A stretch of 64,000 nucleotides of DNA, from sequence record NZ_CP090008.1; one strand, written 5' to 3'. This document shows positions 1 to 10,440 of the stretch, piece after piece. The notes under the pieces are model-generated. The model worked only from the letters and a program-made list of their open reading frames with translations, did not search any database and was not told where the DNA came from. Each line of letters begins with the position of its first letter. The first letter of the stretch is position 1. The position numbers and the translations under genes were made by a program. The stretch comes from a plasmid.

Positions 1-743
1 ATGACAAAGTAGTTTGCCGTATTAATGGTTGCTTGATTTAAATACTCAATATTGTCTGGTGTCAATCTCACTAACATCGTCTGAGCTTCATCAATTGAAT
101 TATCTGTAAACTCAATAGCTAAAAATGGAGATATAGGCAAAATCATTCGTTTCCACATATCAGTACCAATAACTGGATTGTCACTCGTTAATAAGTTTTC
201 ATAACTAATCGCAATGTGGAAATTCATATTATCAGGTTTTTTTAAATGCTTTAAGTAATTTTCTAAAACTCCATCTTGTTTAAATATCTTATTAAACTTT
301 GTAACCTTTTCCCTATTATTTTGTATATCTTCTAATTCTAATGGTACGGTTCTAGGTCTATAAGTGAAAATATCCTCATACATAGTCATAAAATTGATTC
401 GACCAGCGTCAGTCCTCAAATATTGTAAATGCATGTATAAGTATATAAATTCCTGTTGCTCTTTAGTAACTACAAAATCTTCGTCCATAAAGTGACTTAA
501 AATATATTTGATAACCGCTCCCATTTGTGCTTCGTAATAACTAAGCTTGTTTTCTAAAATATTATCGGGAGTGTCCTCACTTTCATATGTGTAGTTTGAA
601 AAACAGGTACTTTCATAATTCATTTTTCTTAATTTATTAGCTTTCCTTATGTAGACATTCACCTCACGACAATCATCCGCAAAGTATTTCAAAAGACATC
701 TTGGATAGTAATGTTGTTTCTTTGTAATTGTTTTCTTCCTCAT
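1..743 (-). CDS. DUF4238-family protein (5'-partial in window; runs off left edge)
   Basis: Minus-strand ORF starts at ATG (revcomp of cat at 741-743) and reads MRKKTITKKQHYYPRCLLKYF... The N-terminal HYxPxxxLKxF motif is typical of DUF4238 (abortive-infection-like) proteins. It is not in the ORF track because there is no stop in the window. Confidence 0.55.
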   Translation of the reverse strand, partial: MRKKTITKKQHYYPRCLLKYFADDCREVNVYIRKANKLRKMNYESTCFSNYTYESEDTPDNILENKLSYYEAQMGAVIKYILSHFMDEDFVVTKEQQEFIYLYMHLQYLRTDAGRINFMTMYEDIFTYRPRTVPLELEDIQNNREKVTKFNKIFKQDGVLENYLKHLKKPDNMNFHIAISYENLLTSDNPVIGTDMWKRMILPISPFLAIEFTDNSIDEAQTMLVRLTPDNIEYLNQATINTANYFV

Positions 744-839
744 TAAAACTATACCTCTTCAATAATTAATGGTGTTGTGCTAACTATATTAAAATCATAC
801 TTGTATTGTACTGACATCAAAAAGTTAGAAAAATAATTT

Positions 840-2095
840 AAGTAAAGGACTAGATCCTTTTTGTTTTACCTTAATGCGTTTGTTGTAGTAATCAATATAG
901 TCTACAATAACTTGTTCCAATTGCTAGAGTAATTTAAACGTCTTCTTATAACCATTAAACCTCTCAGATTGCAAAACTTACAAAGATGAATTAATTCACA
1001 CCATTATCTGTACCACTCCTCTTACGTGACATGAATGGTTGAAGCTCTTTATCCTCTAAATAACGATGATAATATTTGTTTTGATATTACTAGCCTTGGT
1101 TACTATGAAGTATTGTACTTATGTAATGTTTCTCAGTGAATGCCTATTATAACATAGCCTTCACTTGTAATAAATTCGGTAAAGTAGAAAGATTCAAATC
1201 AATAATTTCACTGTTAAAACCATCTGAAACTGGTGATAAATTTAGCTTATGACTGCTTGCTGAAATAGTAGATTCTATGACATCTGTGTAGCACTTCTCC
1301 ATTGGTTTGGATGCTTCAAACTGACTTTGAAAAAGGTTATCTGCTTTCATATCATCCTCTCTTTAGTACGAAGAATTTTTCCGTTTACGACGAATTCTAG
1401 CCGTTAAACCAAATACTTTCTTATGATTCACTACAAAGTCACGATTCTAAATTCAAAAGTCATTCGACGATAGCCATAATTCTTTTGTTCTCAGTAAAAA
1501 TAGCTTGAAGTCAACTTCAAACTCTTCATCTTTGCCAATCCTACCCAGTTACTTAACTGATAGTAGTTAGTTGAGCGAGGCAAACTAGCTGTTTCAAAAA
1601 GTAAATCTAATCAAAATCCTATGGAGACTCTTCCTAACCATCTCTTTTTAGCTGTAAAACTTCATTCATGTCTTATGGACGCTTCTTTTATCAGGCTGTC
1701 TCCCTATTATTTTCTCAACATAGTATACCCTTTTTTCTTGTATTATGCGATTCAAGTAGAAAGCATTACTTGGGTTTAGAGAACATAATCAAGACAAACA
1801 TTCGTTGAGATCGACCTATGAGTGGGCCTTTATTAATTTTTTCTTCCTTTAATTTACGAGAATCGTAACGATTCTTTCCTTTTTTGACGAACTCTATTCC
1901 GTAACAATCAATTAATTTCAGCTTGTACTTTAACAAGATCATTCACCCCAAATTAATTCGAAAGTCGCTTAAAGATTTCTCCTTTCTTTCTAAGTTCATA
2001 GATTTGAACCTTGTCCTCATAAGTCAATTTTATAATAAAAACACCTCAAAAGTTAGATTTTTTCTGTCTAACTTTTAGGGTGCAATTAATTATAT
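840..2095 (-). mobile_element. Decayed IS3-family insertion sequence (orfA and orfB both degenerate)
   Basis: The terminal sequence 'cacctcaaaagttagattttttctgtctaacttttagggtgca' (2040-2090) is a diverged copy of the inverted-repeat end seen intact at 38165-38215. Internal stretches (1380-1620, 1850-2040) match orfB N-terminal and orfA remnants of the element at 36925-38215, but no long ORF survives. Confidence 0.6.
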
Positions 2096-2143
2096 AAGGC
2101 GTTTTCAATCTACAAAAGTAATATTCCCAGTATCTTTTACTTT

Positions 2144-5100
2144 CTAAACAAAATCAAATAATGAAATTTCTTCGTAAACTTCTACTTCTTCTACCTCATT
2201 AACAGAGGTTTCAGAAACTACTTCTGTAGAAACATTATCATTATGTTCTTCAGTCATACCAAAGAGTTCAGAAATGCTTTCTAGGAAGTCATCAGCCATA
2301 ACAAGAACTTCTTGTGAAACAACAACATGAGTTGTTTCTTCAACGATTTCTTGAGCAACTACTACTTCTTCCTCAAAGCCAGTTTCTGATTCATCTACTG
2401 ACTCAGCAATAACTTCAACAAGTTCGCTTTCTTCATCAGGATCATAGCTAGCACTATATTCCTCGGTGATTGAACTAACTTTTACATCAGAGTCCTCATC
2501 CATTTCTGGATGGTCTGCCTTGTACTGCAATTCAAATGTATTGATAGCCTCTTCAATTTGTTCTACAGTAGGCTTCTTAGACTCATCTTCAACTTCGATA
2601 AGAGGATTAACAATGGCACGTTTAGCTGATACATAGTTAAGACGAGCTTGGTCTGCAAAAACATCTGCAGCTTCTCCTCGCTTAATAGTATCTGCACAAC
2701 GGTCAATGTTTTCCTGCAAGAGTTTGGCTTGTTTATCCATACCATCAATAACATTGTTGATACGTTGGATAGTCCCAATACCACTCGCAAAATCTAGACG
2801 AACAGCATAGCTATTTTGACCAATAATATGCAGGTCAAGCATGCGTTCTGGTTGCCAAGGTGATTTTTGTTCCAACGCACGTAGGGCAAAACCACGATAA
2901 TGAGCAAGGGTTGTCATTTTCATATGGAGTGGATCAGAGGCAACATTCATCTGCATAGCATAGTTCAGTTGATTTCCTGCAACATCTTTCTTAGTTGCTT
3001 CGTATCCATCTGGTTCAAATGTCATAACAAATGGGTTATGTTCAACCTCATATTTCTTACCATCTTCTTTTTCAACCACTTCTTTCCAAGGTTTTGTCTT
3101 TTCTGCAAGCTCTTTATCCTGGACTAATAGAGAAAGTTTCTTCTCGTAATTTTCTTTATCTTTAAGGGCTTGCTTAATACGTTTTTGAGACAAAGCAATA
3201 TCACGTTTCCAAGCCTTACGACGATTAGACAACAACTCAAATTCATTATCAAGTTCCATCTTAAGTTTAAGATATGGATTGCCTGTCGCAATGGCTTTAA
3301 ATTCAGAAGCTGAGAGTGTTTGCTCGTCAATATCCTCTGAAGCTCGCATCGGTGTACGACTGGTCATGATTTGCGTAATATAGCGGAGCTTTGTTTCTTG
3401 AATCTGCCAAAGGTAGTTATCAAAGCTTCCTTTAGTGATATAGTGGAAAATATTTACCTTGCGATAGATATTTCCTTGACGAACCAAACGTCCATTACGT
3501 TGGATAATATCAGACGGTTTCCAAGGCACATCGAGATGATGAACAGCTTTCATACGACGTTGGACGTTAAGACCGGTTCCCCCTTTTTCCGTTGAAGCCA
3601 TGAGAATACGAATCTCACCAGCATTCATTTGACGTTGAAGTTGGAGCTTAGCCTTCTTGTTAGCAGCATCGTGAATAAAAGCAATCTCTTCTTCTGGAAT
3701 TCCTCGTTCAACAAGCAAATCTTTCAACTCTTGATAAACAGAGAAACCCTTGCCATTAGGAGTTCCAAGGTCAGAGAAAATCATCTGTGTCCCTTTATGC
3801 TTAGCTTCCATGTGATAAATCTTATCCACTCGCTCAACCACTTGCATGAGTTTATCTGCATCAGCTCTTACATAGAGCTCTGCATCAAGCAAACGCATAT
3901 CTAAAGCCAACTTTCTGGCTTCACTAGTGATTTTGAGCATGTTATCTTCACTAGGATCTACACTCCCATTTTTAACTCGGTCTGAGCGTTCTACAAGCTC
4001 ATCCAAATAAACCTTTTGGTTATCAGTCAACTGACTTTCAACCGCTACCTTTTCTACCATAGGAACTGGAAGATTAAGGTCTTCAGTCATTTGGATATCT
4101 GCAGTCTGACGATAAATCGCCATCAGCTCAGGAAGATTCATAAATTTAGCAAAGCGTTTACGTGAAATGTACTTATCTCCGGTAGGATTAAGCTCGAGAC
4201 TATTCTCAACAATCCCAAAGGCACCAACCCAAGCATCAAAGAAACTGACACCGAAATGCTCCATAACATCTGGTTGAAGATAATTCATCATCGTATACAT
4301 TTCACTGATAGAGTTGGAAACTGGTGTTCCAGTCGCAAAAACAACATGGCGTGTATCATGCTCTTCCTGAAGCACGCGCACCTTCATTTCCATATCCATA
4401 TTCTTTTTTGAGGTACGGTTGGTAATACCAGCAACGTTCCCCAAACGTGTCATAGGACGGACATTCTTGTACCCGTGGGCTTCGTCAACAAAGAGCATAT
4501 CAATACCAAGGCTTTCAAAGTTGATAAACTCATCAATACCAGTCTTGTTCTCAAGCAACGTTTCTAAGTTTGCCTCAAGACTTCTACGCATAGATTGTGC
4601 TTGTTTGAATGTGATTCTGTCGTCATTAGCTTTTGCGTAACTAATGATCTCATCAAGTTCATCAATCTTTTCAGAAATAAAGGCTTGTTCACATTCTTGT
4701 GAGACACGAACTTTCTCAAATTGAGAATGGCCAATCACAATACCATCATAGTCACTCGTTAGAATACGAGAAACGAACAAGCGACGACGTGACTTTTCAA
4801 AGTCCTGCTCAGTCGTAACAAACACTTTCTTAGTCGGATAGAAACGCATAATTTCTTGACCAAATTGTGCTGTTAGACTAGACGGAACCACAAACAATGG
4901 TTTATGAATAAGCCCAAGCTCTTTCATCTTGAAAGCTGCTGAAATCATGGTTAGTGTCTTACCAGTACCTACTTCGTGAGCGAGGAGTGCACGTCTCTCT
5001 TCAAGAATACGTTGGACTGCATTCTTTTGGTGAGGGCGAAGCTCTACACCTTTAGCCAACCCATCAAATTCCAAGAGACTACCGTCATATTGACGTGTCA

Positions 5101-7660
5101 CATAGCGATTAAAGACTTCATTGTAGGTATCTTCAATCACTTCTTGGACTGTTGGGTTTTCATGAATAAAGTTTTTAAAACTCTCTTGTAGAACACGTTC
5201 ACACTCACGTAGGTTTGCTGTAGCCACTTCATCAACCTTACGTATCGGGTTTTCAGTCGTACCAAAGTTACGCATGATTGTTGGTTGATTACTTGTAAGC
5301 AAATGAGCCACAATATCTGTTGCGTGTGAGTAGCTTTTATTGTACTCATCACGTAGACCTAAACGAAGGTTAGATTGACGACTCATATAGCAGTTTAACA
5401 AGCGTTCGTTGAAACCTCTTCCGATTCTGGATTTCACTAATAGTGATTTAGCTTCTTCAGAATGGAGACCAACCTTTTCATCCAACAATTCATTAAACAC
5501 CCATTGAGAAACGACATTACTAGGAATCCAGCTAGAACCAATGCTGAAATCAATATCAGATAAGACAACTGGTTCTGGTACAACAGATAAAATCAATTCC
5601 AAATAACGTTCCCAATCCGCTTGTGTATCTCCGTCTTCAATGAGAGATGTAATGCAATCACGTTTAGTAAGAACATCACCTGAAAGGAATTTATCCTTAG
5701 TAACATAGTGTACAGTCTTATCATCAATATAGCGTTCCACATCAATCATCACAGTCTCACCTAGTTCAGAAATCATCATATCTTCTGAGACATCTGGATA
5801 GACAGAACTCATGAGGTTCAAATCAACGCCACGACCTTCTGAAAGTGACACATTCAAAGCTTCTACTGCTGACATCACTTGATGGAGGTGTTTTTTAGGA
5901 CGAATAGTTGGCTTTTTAAAAGCATCTGACTTCACAAAGACTACCTTTGAGCTGTCATTCTCGTCCAACTCCTCTAATTCAAGACTAGCGATAAGAGGGT
6001 AACGGTCATCTCGGTCAAAAAGGCGAGCATTCACCGCTTGATTGATATAACCATACTTCTTCTTGAAAGTATCGTAGACTTGATTAAGTGTTGCAAGCAG
6101 TTGTTTGAATTGTCCTTCATCATAGTCTGTTGTCATTTGAATATCAATAATTGCTTGATATGCATTTTTGATAGCAACCATGCCACGAATACGTTTGTTT
6201 TCTGTATCCGTAAGAGGTGTTTCATAGAAATAAATACCTTTATAAAGTCCTTTACTTTTAGCTGCTTTAGAAGGTGTTTGACTTACCCATGTATTCGTAA
6301 CAATATTTGGGTCTCCTTCTACTGCTGCTTCAAAGTCTAAAATGGCCTCTTCTTTGTATTTATCATCATATTTTACGAACTGTCCTTGTTCGTCTTGATA
6401 AAAAATCATTTCAGCTGCGCGTGAGCTAGGACGGATAGACGTGTTATCACGATAATAGACACGCCCATTTTTATCACAAGCATACTCGTTCAATCGAATA
6501 TCAAGTGAAGCAAGTAAGTCTTGGTCAAGATGATTCACTTCTTCTTTAAGGATAATATCACGAGGTTCTAGTCTCTCCACTTCGAAAGGCACTGTTACTT
6601 TTGATAGTGCTTCTTGAAGCTCTGAAGCTAAGTCAAAAGAGCTATCTACCACAAGATCCAGTGTTCCACCATTGAAATTACGTACCTGATAATCACCTAG
6701 GACACAAGGATTTTTACAAATAGCATCCTGGAAGAAATAGGGATTGAGTGAGACACGTTTATCAAAGGGGAGTTTCTTTCTATCTGAAGACCAGAAGTCG
6801 ATATTATTATCGGGAACAGGGATAAAAGCTCCTTTTTGGAAAAATAGGATATCTGTTACCACTCGTGTTCCAGCATCTTTAAAAGCAGTATTTGGTAAGC
6901 GGACACCACCTAAAAACTGAGTTCCGCTACGACGGAGTTCTGGCAGAATTGAACCAGCACTCTTATCTGCAGTACCAGTTGAAGTGATAGCAGCAACCAT
7001 CCCATGATAGGGTACCAAATCGATAGCCTTCTTAAAGAAGTAATCATGAATACGATAAGGTTTATTATCATAAGCTTTATCGACAATGCGAACATCCGCA
7101 AATGGAACATTCGTAATGACCAAGTCAAATGGTGTCCCTTCAAAGTTTACTGTTTCAAATCCTTGGACTAAAACAGTAGCATCTTGATGAAGGTGTTTAG
7201 CAATAGCACCTGTAATGGTATCAAGTTCAATTCCATAAAGAGTAGAATTCTTCTTGATATCCTCTGGCATTGTTTCAAAGAAGATACCAGTACCCATTGA
7301 TGGATCAAGAATATTACCTCCTTTAAACCCACTTTCTACAATCTTATCCCACATTGCAGTAGCAATCTCTGGACTTGTGTAGTAAGCCGTAAGGGAGCTC
7401 ATTTCCATCGCACGATATTCTTCTTTAGTGACAAGACTTTTTAGCTCATCACGTTCTTTTGCAAAACGATTAATCTTACTATCAAAGAAATCGTTAGCAA
7501 GCCCTCCCCAACCAACATAGTTAGAGAGAATTTCTTGTTCGGCACTATCGGCTAGACGGTTATCTGCTTCGAGTGCTTTCACAAGTTTAATGGCAGAAAG
7601 GTTAGCTTGAACCTTTTCTGCTTTTGTCATTGTTTTAGTATTATTTTTTTGTTCTTCCAT
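2144..7660 (-). CDS. N6-adenine DNA methyltransferase / SNF2-family helicase fusion protein (1838 aa), mobile-element type
   Basis: Methyltransferase motif I 'ILDPSMGTGIFF' and motif IV 'VITNVPF' (NPPF/Y-type) in the N-terminal third. Helicase motif I 'AHEVGTGKT', motif II 'LFVDEAHGYKN' (DEAH) and C-terminal helicase motifs 'LMASTEKGGTGLNVQ' follow. Acidic C-terminal tail. Confidence 0.8.
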   Translation of the reverse strand: MEEQKNNTKTMTKAEKVQANLSAIKLVKALEADNRLADSAEQEILSNYVGWGGLANDFFDSKINRFAKERDELKSLVTKEEYRAMEMSSLTAYYTSPEIATAMWDKIVESGFKGGNILDPSMGTGIFFETMPEDIKKNSTLYGIELDTITGAIAKHLHQDATVLVQGFETVNFEGTPFDLVITNVPFADVRIVDKAYDNKPYRIHDYFFKKAIDLVPYHGMVAAITSTGTADKSAGSILPELRRSGTQFLGGVRLPNTAFKDAGTRVVTDILFFQKGAFIPVPDNNIDFWSSDRKKLPFDKRVSLNPYFFQDAICKNPCVLGDYQVRNFNGGTLDLVVDSSFDLASELQEALSKVTVPFEVERLEPRDIILKEEVNHLDQDLLASLDIRLNEYACDKNGRVYYRDNTSIRPSSRAAEMIFYQDEQGQFVKYDDKYKEEAILDFEAAVEGDPNIVTNTWVSQTPSKAAKSKGLYKGIYFYETPLTDTENKRIRGMVAIKNAYQAIIDIQMTTDYDEGQFKQLLATLNQVYDTFKKKYGYINQAVNARLFDRDDRYPLIASLELEELDENDSSKVVFVKSDAFKKPTIRPKKHLHQVMSAVEALNVSLSEGRGVDLNLMSSVYPDVSEDMMISELGETVMIDVERYIDDKTVHYVTKDKFLSGDVLTKRDCITSLIEDGDTQADWERYLELILSVVPEPVVLSDIDFSIGSSWIPSNVVSQWVFNELLDEKVGLHSEEAKSLLVKSRIGRGFNERLLNCYMSRQSNLRLGLRDEYNKSYSHATDIVAHLLTSNQPTIMRNFGTTENPIRKVDEVATANLRECERVLQESFKNFIHENPTVQEVIEDTYNEVFNRYVTRQYDGSLLEFDGLAKGVELRPHQKNAVQRILEERRALLAHEVGTGKTLTMISAAFKMKELGLIHKPLFVVPSSLTAQFGQEIMRFYPTKKVFVTTEQDFEKSRRRLFVSRILTSDYDGIVIGHSQFEKVRVSQECEQAFISEKIDELDEIISYAKANDDRITFKQAQSMRRSLEANLETLLENKTGIDEFINFESLGIDMLFVDEAHGYKNVRPMTRLGNVAGITNRTSKKNMDMEMKVRVLQEEHDTRHVVFATGTPVSNSISEMYTMMNYLQPDVMEHFGVSFFDAWVGAFGIVENSLELNPTGDKYISRKRFAKFMNLPELMAIYRQTADIQMTEDLNLPVPMVEKVAVESQLTDNQKVYLDELVERSDRVKNGSVDPSEDNMLKITSEARKLALDMRLLDAELYVRADADKLMQVVERVDKIYHMEAKHKGTQMIFSDLGTPNGKGFSVYQELKDLLVERGIPEEEIAFIHDAANKKAKLQLQRQMNAGEIRILMASTEKGGTGLNVQRRMKAVHHLDVPWKPSDIIQRNGRLVRQGNIYRKVNIFHYITKGSFDNYLWQIQETKLRYITQIMTSRTPMRASEDIDEQTLSASEFKAIATGNPYLKLKMELDNEFELLSNRRKAWKRDIALSQKRIKQALKDKENYEKKLSLLVQDKELAEKTKPWKEVVEKEDGKKYEVEHNPFVMTFEPDGYEATKKDVAGNQLNYAMQMNVASDPLHMKMTTLAHYRGFALRALEQKSPWQPERMLDLHIIGQNSYAVRLDFASGIGTIQRINNVIDGMDKQAKLLQENIDRCADTIKRGEAADVFADQARLNYVSAKRAIVNPLIEVEDESKKPTVEQIEEAINTFELQYKADHPEMDEDSDVKVSSITEEYSASYDPDEESELVEVIAESVDESETGFEEEVVVAQEIVEETTHVVVSQEVLVMADDFLESISELFGMTEEHNDNVSTEVVSETSVNEVEEVEVYEEISLFDFV

Positions 7661-7682
7661 TGTTGTTCTTTCTCCTTAAAAC

Positions 7683-7722
7683 TAAAAAAGACCTGGTATA
7701 AAACCAAGTCTTTCTTTTTAGT
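7683..7722 (-). terminator. Rho-independent terminator (minus strand)
   Basis: Reverse complement gives hairpin agacttggt-tttat-accaggtct followed by a T-run; sits between the 7806..8249 ORF and the methylase-helicase gene. Confidence 0.4.
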
Positions 7723-7805
7723 TATAGTATTTGTTAATACGACTCAAGAATAAGTGAGTGCTTATCAAAGCTTTTGCTGACAGTCTGACTGTCATAGCTT
7801 TACTC

Positions 7806-8249
7806 TTATTTTCTATTTAAATTAGGATGATGGTCTTCTAAAACAAACTTTTCATCGTTGAGTTCTGGTATTGATACCCAATAAAAATCATCGGTATCAA
7901 AACCGTGTGTCATAGCAATTTCGTGCCAGACATCTGGAGCTGTATAGGTATAACCTAAAAGTTCCTTTCGGTTTTTTCGTCCAAAATCAATTTGACGCCC
8001 TTTTAGAAAATCAACCATACGTTCATAGGTGAATTCTGTGTTCAACAAAAAATCATCTTCCCTTTCAAACGTATCTAAGGTCTTACTGATTGTATCAACC
8101 AGGTATTTCCCAATCATCTTTTGATTGTTATAAAGAACAATAGTCAACTTCATGACGTTTCTCCCTGAATTATACATGAAATCACGTATAGTGTTATCTC
8201 TAGTATAACATGAAAACGCAGTTGACTCATAATGAGTTCTAAGTTTCAT
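7806..8249 (-). CDS. hypothetical protein (147 aa)
   Basis: ORF with coding-like composition, same strand as neighbours. Confidence 0.45.
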   Translation of the reverse strand: MKLRTHYESTAFSCYTRDNTIRDFMYNSGRNVMKLTIVLYNNQKMIGKYLVDTISKTLDTFEREDDFLLNTEFTYERMVDFLKGRQIDFGRKNRKELLGYTYTAPDVWHEIAMTHGFDTDDFYWVSIPELNDEKFVLEDHHPNLNRK

Positions 8250-8264
8250 TTTTTCTCCTTTTAT

Positions 8265-9812
8265 CTAAAACTCAATTTTAAGCTTTCCACAATGAGCTAA
8301 AAATTGTTCTGCTTCTTTCTTTGCCTCTTCATCTGCGGATTTGTTCCTTTCTCCTTTCAATTGAATGATCCTATTGTTTTTCAATTCAAGAGTATAGAGA
8401 GGGGTTTCTCTGTCAGTTTTATCACGAACAAAGACAATAATAGAAGTTCCGTAGACAAAGTGTTTTTTTGCATAACTTCCAACACAATGATGTAGGGTTT
8501 TGCCTTCTTTGACAATTTCACTTTCGTCTTTAGGAAAGATAAAAGCATACTTGTCAAATGCGGTCTGAGCCTTCATCATGTTTGTCAAACGTTTAGCTGT
8601 TTCAATCTTCAACTTCGCCTCTTTCTTTTCGTCCTCAAGGCGTTGTTTCTCTTCTCTCAAATCTCTGACAGCATTAGTTACACGTAAATATGTACCACGT
8701 GCTTGTTGATTCTCGAGAAGAGCTGAATAATTTTCTACGATCTCTGTATGTTTATTTTCCCAATTTTTTGGGATAACTACATAATCTCCATCAAATGGAA
8801 TTCCCAGAGCTTCTACCATTTCTTGATAGTCCTCATAATCACGAAGGGAGATATTGTTTTTCATCATCCAGTTAATAAAACGAATTGGTTTCACAGTGGA
8901 TGGTATGATACTTTCCAAACGCTTAATTAGTGGCTTCTTGTCAGAAATCATAGCGTCTGTAATCAACTCGTATAACCCCTTGAAAGTTCGACCATATCGT
9001 CTACGCAAATCTTCCTCAAAAAATGCCTTTTCAACATTCATATCCGTATTTTTTAGAAACGGTTTATTCCTTTTAAGAAAGTTCATGGTAACCTTACCCA
9101 TATTTGCATGACCATGTCCTAGACTAGATGAGTAATAAGACCTATAAAAAGTAGACCCTACCAAGTCTTTGACGATTCCACGCGCCTTGATTTTTTGAGC
9201 GAATTCAATACGTTCTCTATATTTATAGAGGTGAGGTAGTACTAAGTTTATCTCAAAATTATCTTTAATCACTTGTCCAAAATCTAAATATCTCAACTCA
9301 GACTTTGTTTGTAATTTCTGAATAAGACTTTCCATATCCCCATAAAGCGTATAGACACTAAATGCACCAGAACCAAAAAAGAGAGCATTCCTCTGATTTT
9401 GGAATCCACTTCTATAGATATCTTTACCTTTTTGGGCTGAAAGATATGGATCCCGGTGGGCTTTAACAATCTTATTGTTGGCAAGCTGATAAAAGTTGTA
9501 AAGTCTGACTTTGAACTTTTCTTTTCCTTTTTCGAAGGATTGAGTCACAGAATACATCTGCATTTCAATGCGTTTCTTTGTAACTCCCATCCAGACATAG
9601 TAGAAAGTATCTCCTACAAAGGTCAAACGGCTATTAAGTGATAAGCGTTTTGTAACCTTTTCCGAAAATTTTTTTCGGTCTGAAGAGATAATTGTCCTGG
9701 ACTTATTAGTCCATTCATAGATAGGAAAATCATTCATCGCCCACTTGAAAAATCCGTTAGGAACTTTTAGACGATTGTCAACGATTTCTTGAATAGTCAT
9801 TTCTTTTGTCAT
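8265..9812 (-). CDS. hypothetical protein, possibly PcfJ-like (515 aa)
   Basis: Long ORF; the C-terminal 'KTLHHCVGSYAKKHF...IIVFVRDK' resembles the conserved HCVG region of PcfJ-like proteins of Gram-positive conjugative plasmids, from memory only. Confidence 0.35.
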   Translation of the reverse strand: MTKEMTIQEIVDNRLKVPNGFFKWAMNDFPIYEWTNKSRTIISSDRKKFSEKVTKRLSLNSRLTFVGDTFYYVWMGVTKKRIEMQMYSVTQSFEKGKEKFKVRLYNFYQLANNKIVKAHRDPYLSAQKGKDIYRSGFQNQRNALFFGSGAFSVYTLYGDMESLIQKLQTKSELRYLDFGQVIKDNFEINLVLPHLYKYRERIEFAQKIKARGIVKDLVGSTFYRSYYSSSLGHGHANMGKVTMNFLKRNKPFLKNTDMNVEKAFFEEDLRRRYGRTFKGLYELITDAMISDKKPLIKRLESIIPSTVKPIRFINWMMKNNISLRDYEDYQEMVEALGIPFDGDYVVIPKNWENKHTEIVENYSALLENQQARGTYLRVTNAVRDLREEKQRLEDEKKEAKLKIETAKRLTNMMKAQTAFDKYAFIFPKDESEIVKEGKTLHHCVGSYAKKHFVYGTSIIVFVRDKTDRETPLYTLELKNNRIIQLKGERNKSADEEAKKEAEQFLAHCGKLKIEF

Positions 9813-9870
9813 TGTTTTTCTCCTTAATCAATAAAAAATGGCCCTAGGACCATTTTTTTCATCATTTTTG

Positions 9871-10425
9871 TTAAAATTCCCCTTCTTCAACAGATAAATC
9901 TGAAAAAAGATCTAACTGTTTCCCAACCTCTTTAGGCATTTTCTTTGTTTTTGGGGGCTTTTTAGGCTTCTTGGTTGATTCTTTGCTACCAGTAGTCGTT
10001 TTACCTGCTACTGATTTAGTCTCAACTTTAGGGGGGTTCTTTTTAGTTTGGCTCTTCTTTTTGGGATTTTTTGTTGGTTTCTTACTACCAGTAGCCATCC
10101 TACCAAAAACAGAACCTATTTCTACTTCTTCCTCAGTAAAATACTCCTTAACCCAAGAAAAGACCGTATCATCATCAACCATGGCCCCTTGACCATTTTT
10201 ATAGTCAGATTTACTGGCTTTTCTGATGCAGTAACGCATAGCATTCTTAATCGTACGATCAAGGTGTGTTAGGATTCCAGAAATCAGCTCATCATCCTCT
10301 TGATGATCAACTATCCAATTATGAATAGCATCCTCAGTCGGCGTGTGAGCTTCCGCCATTTCATCATCAAAATGGCTTACTGCCATGAAGCGGTCAAAAG
10401 CATCAATCTTAATTTTATCTGTCAT
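9871..10425 (-). CDS. hypothetical protein with Lys-rich basic C-terminal tail (184 aa)
   Basis: ORF; the C-terminus 'SKKPTKNPKKKSQTKKNPPKVETK...KKPKKPPKTKK' is a low-complexity basic tail, suggesting nucleic-acid binding. Confidence 0.45.
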   Translation of the reverse strand: MTDKIKIDAFDRFMAVSHFDDEMAEAHTPTEDAIHNWIVDHQEDDELISGILTHLDRTIKNAMRYCIRKASKSDYKNGQGAMVDDDTVFSWVKEYFTEEEVEIGSVFGRMATGSKKPTKNPKKKSQTKKNPPKVETKSVAGKTTTGSKESTKKPKKPPKTKKMPKEVGKQLDLFSDLSVEEGEF

Positions 10426-10440
10426 TGTTTTTCTCCTCTT

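Noticed and set aside
1147-1350. 67-aa ORF on the minus strand
   Set aside because: It lies within a decayed IS3 element and is not a conserved-looking gene.
2563-7143. Numerous 60-100 aa ORFs on either strand inside the 5.5 kb methylase-helicase gene (for example 2563..2790, 2900..3127, 6038..6340, 6910..7143)
   Set aside because: They are embedded in and overlapped by a continuous 1838-codon ORF with clear domain motifs. AT-rich DNA generates such spurious frames.
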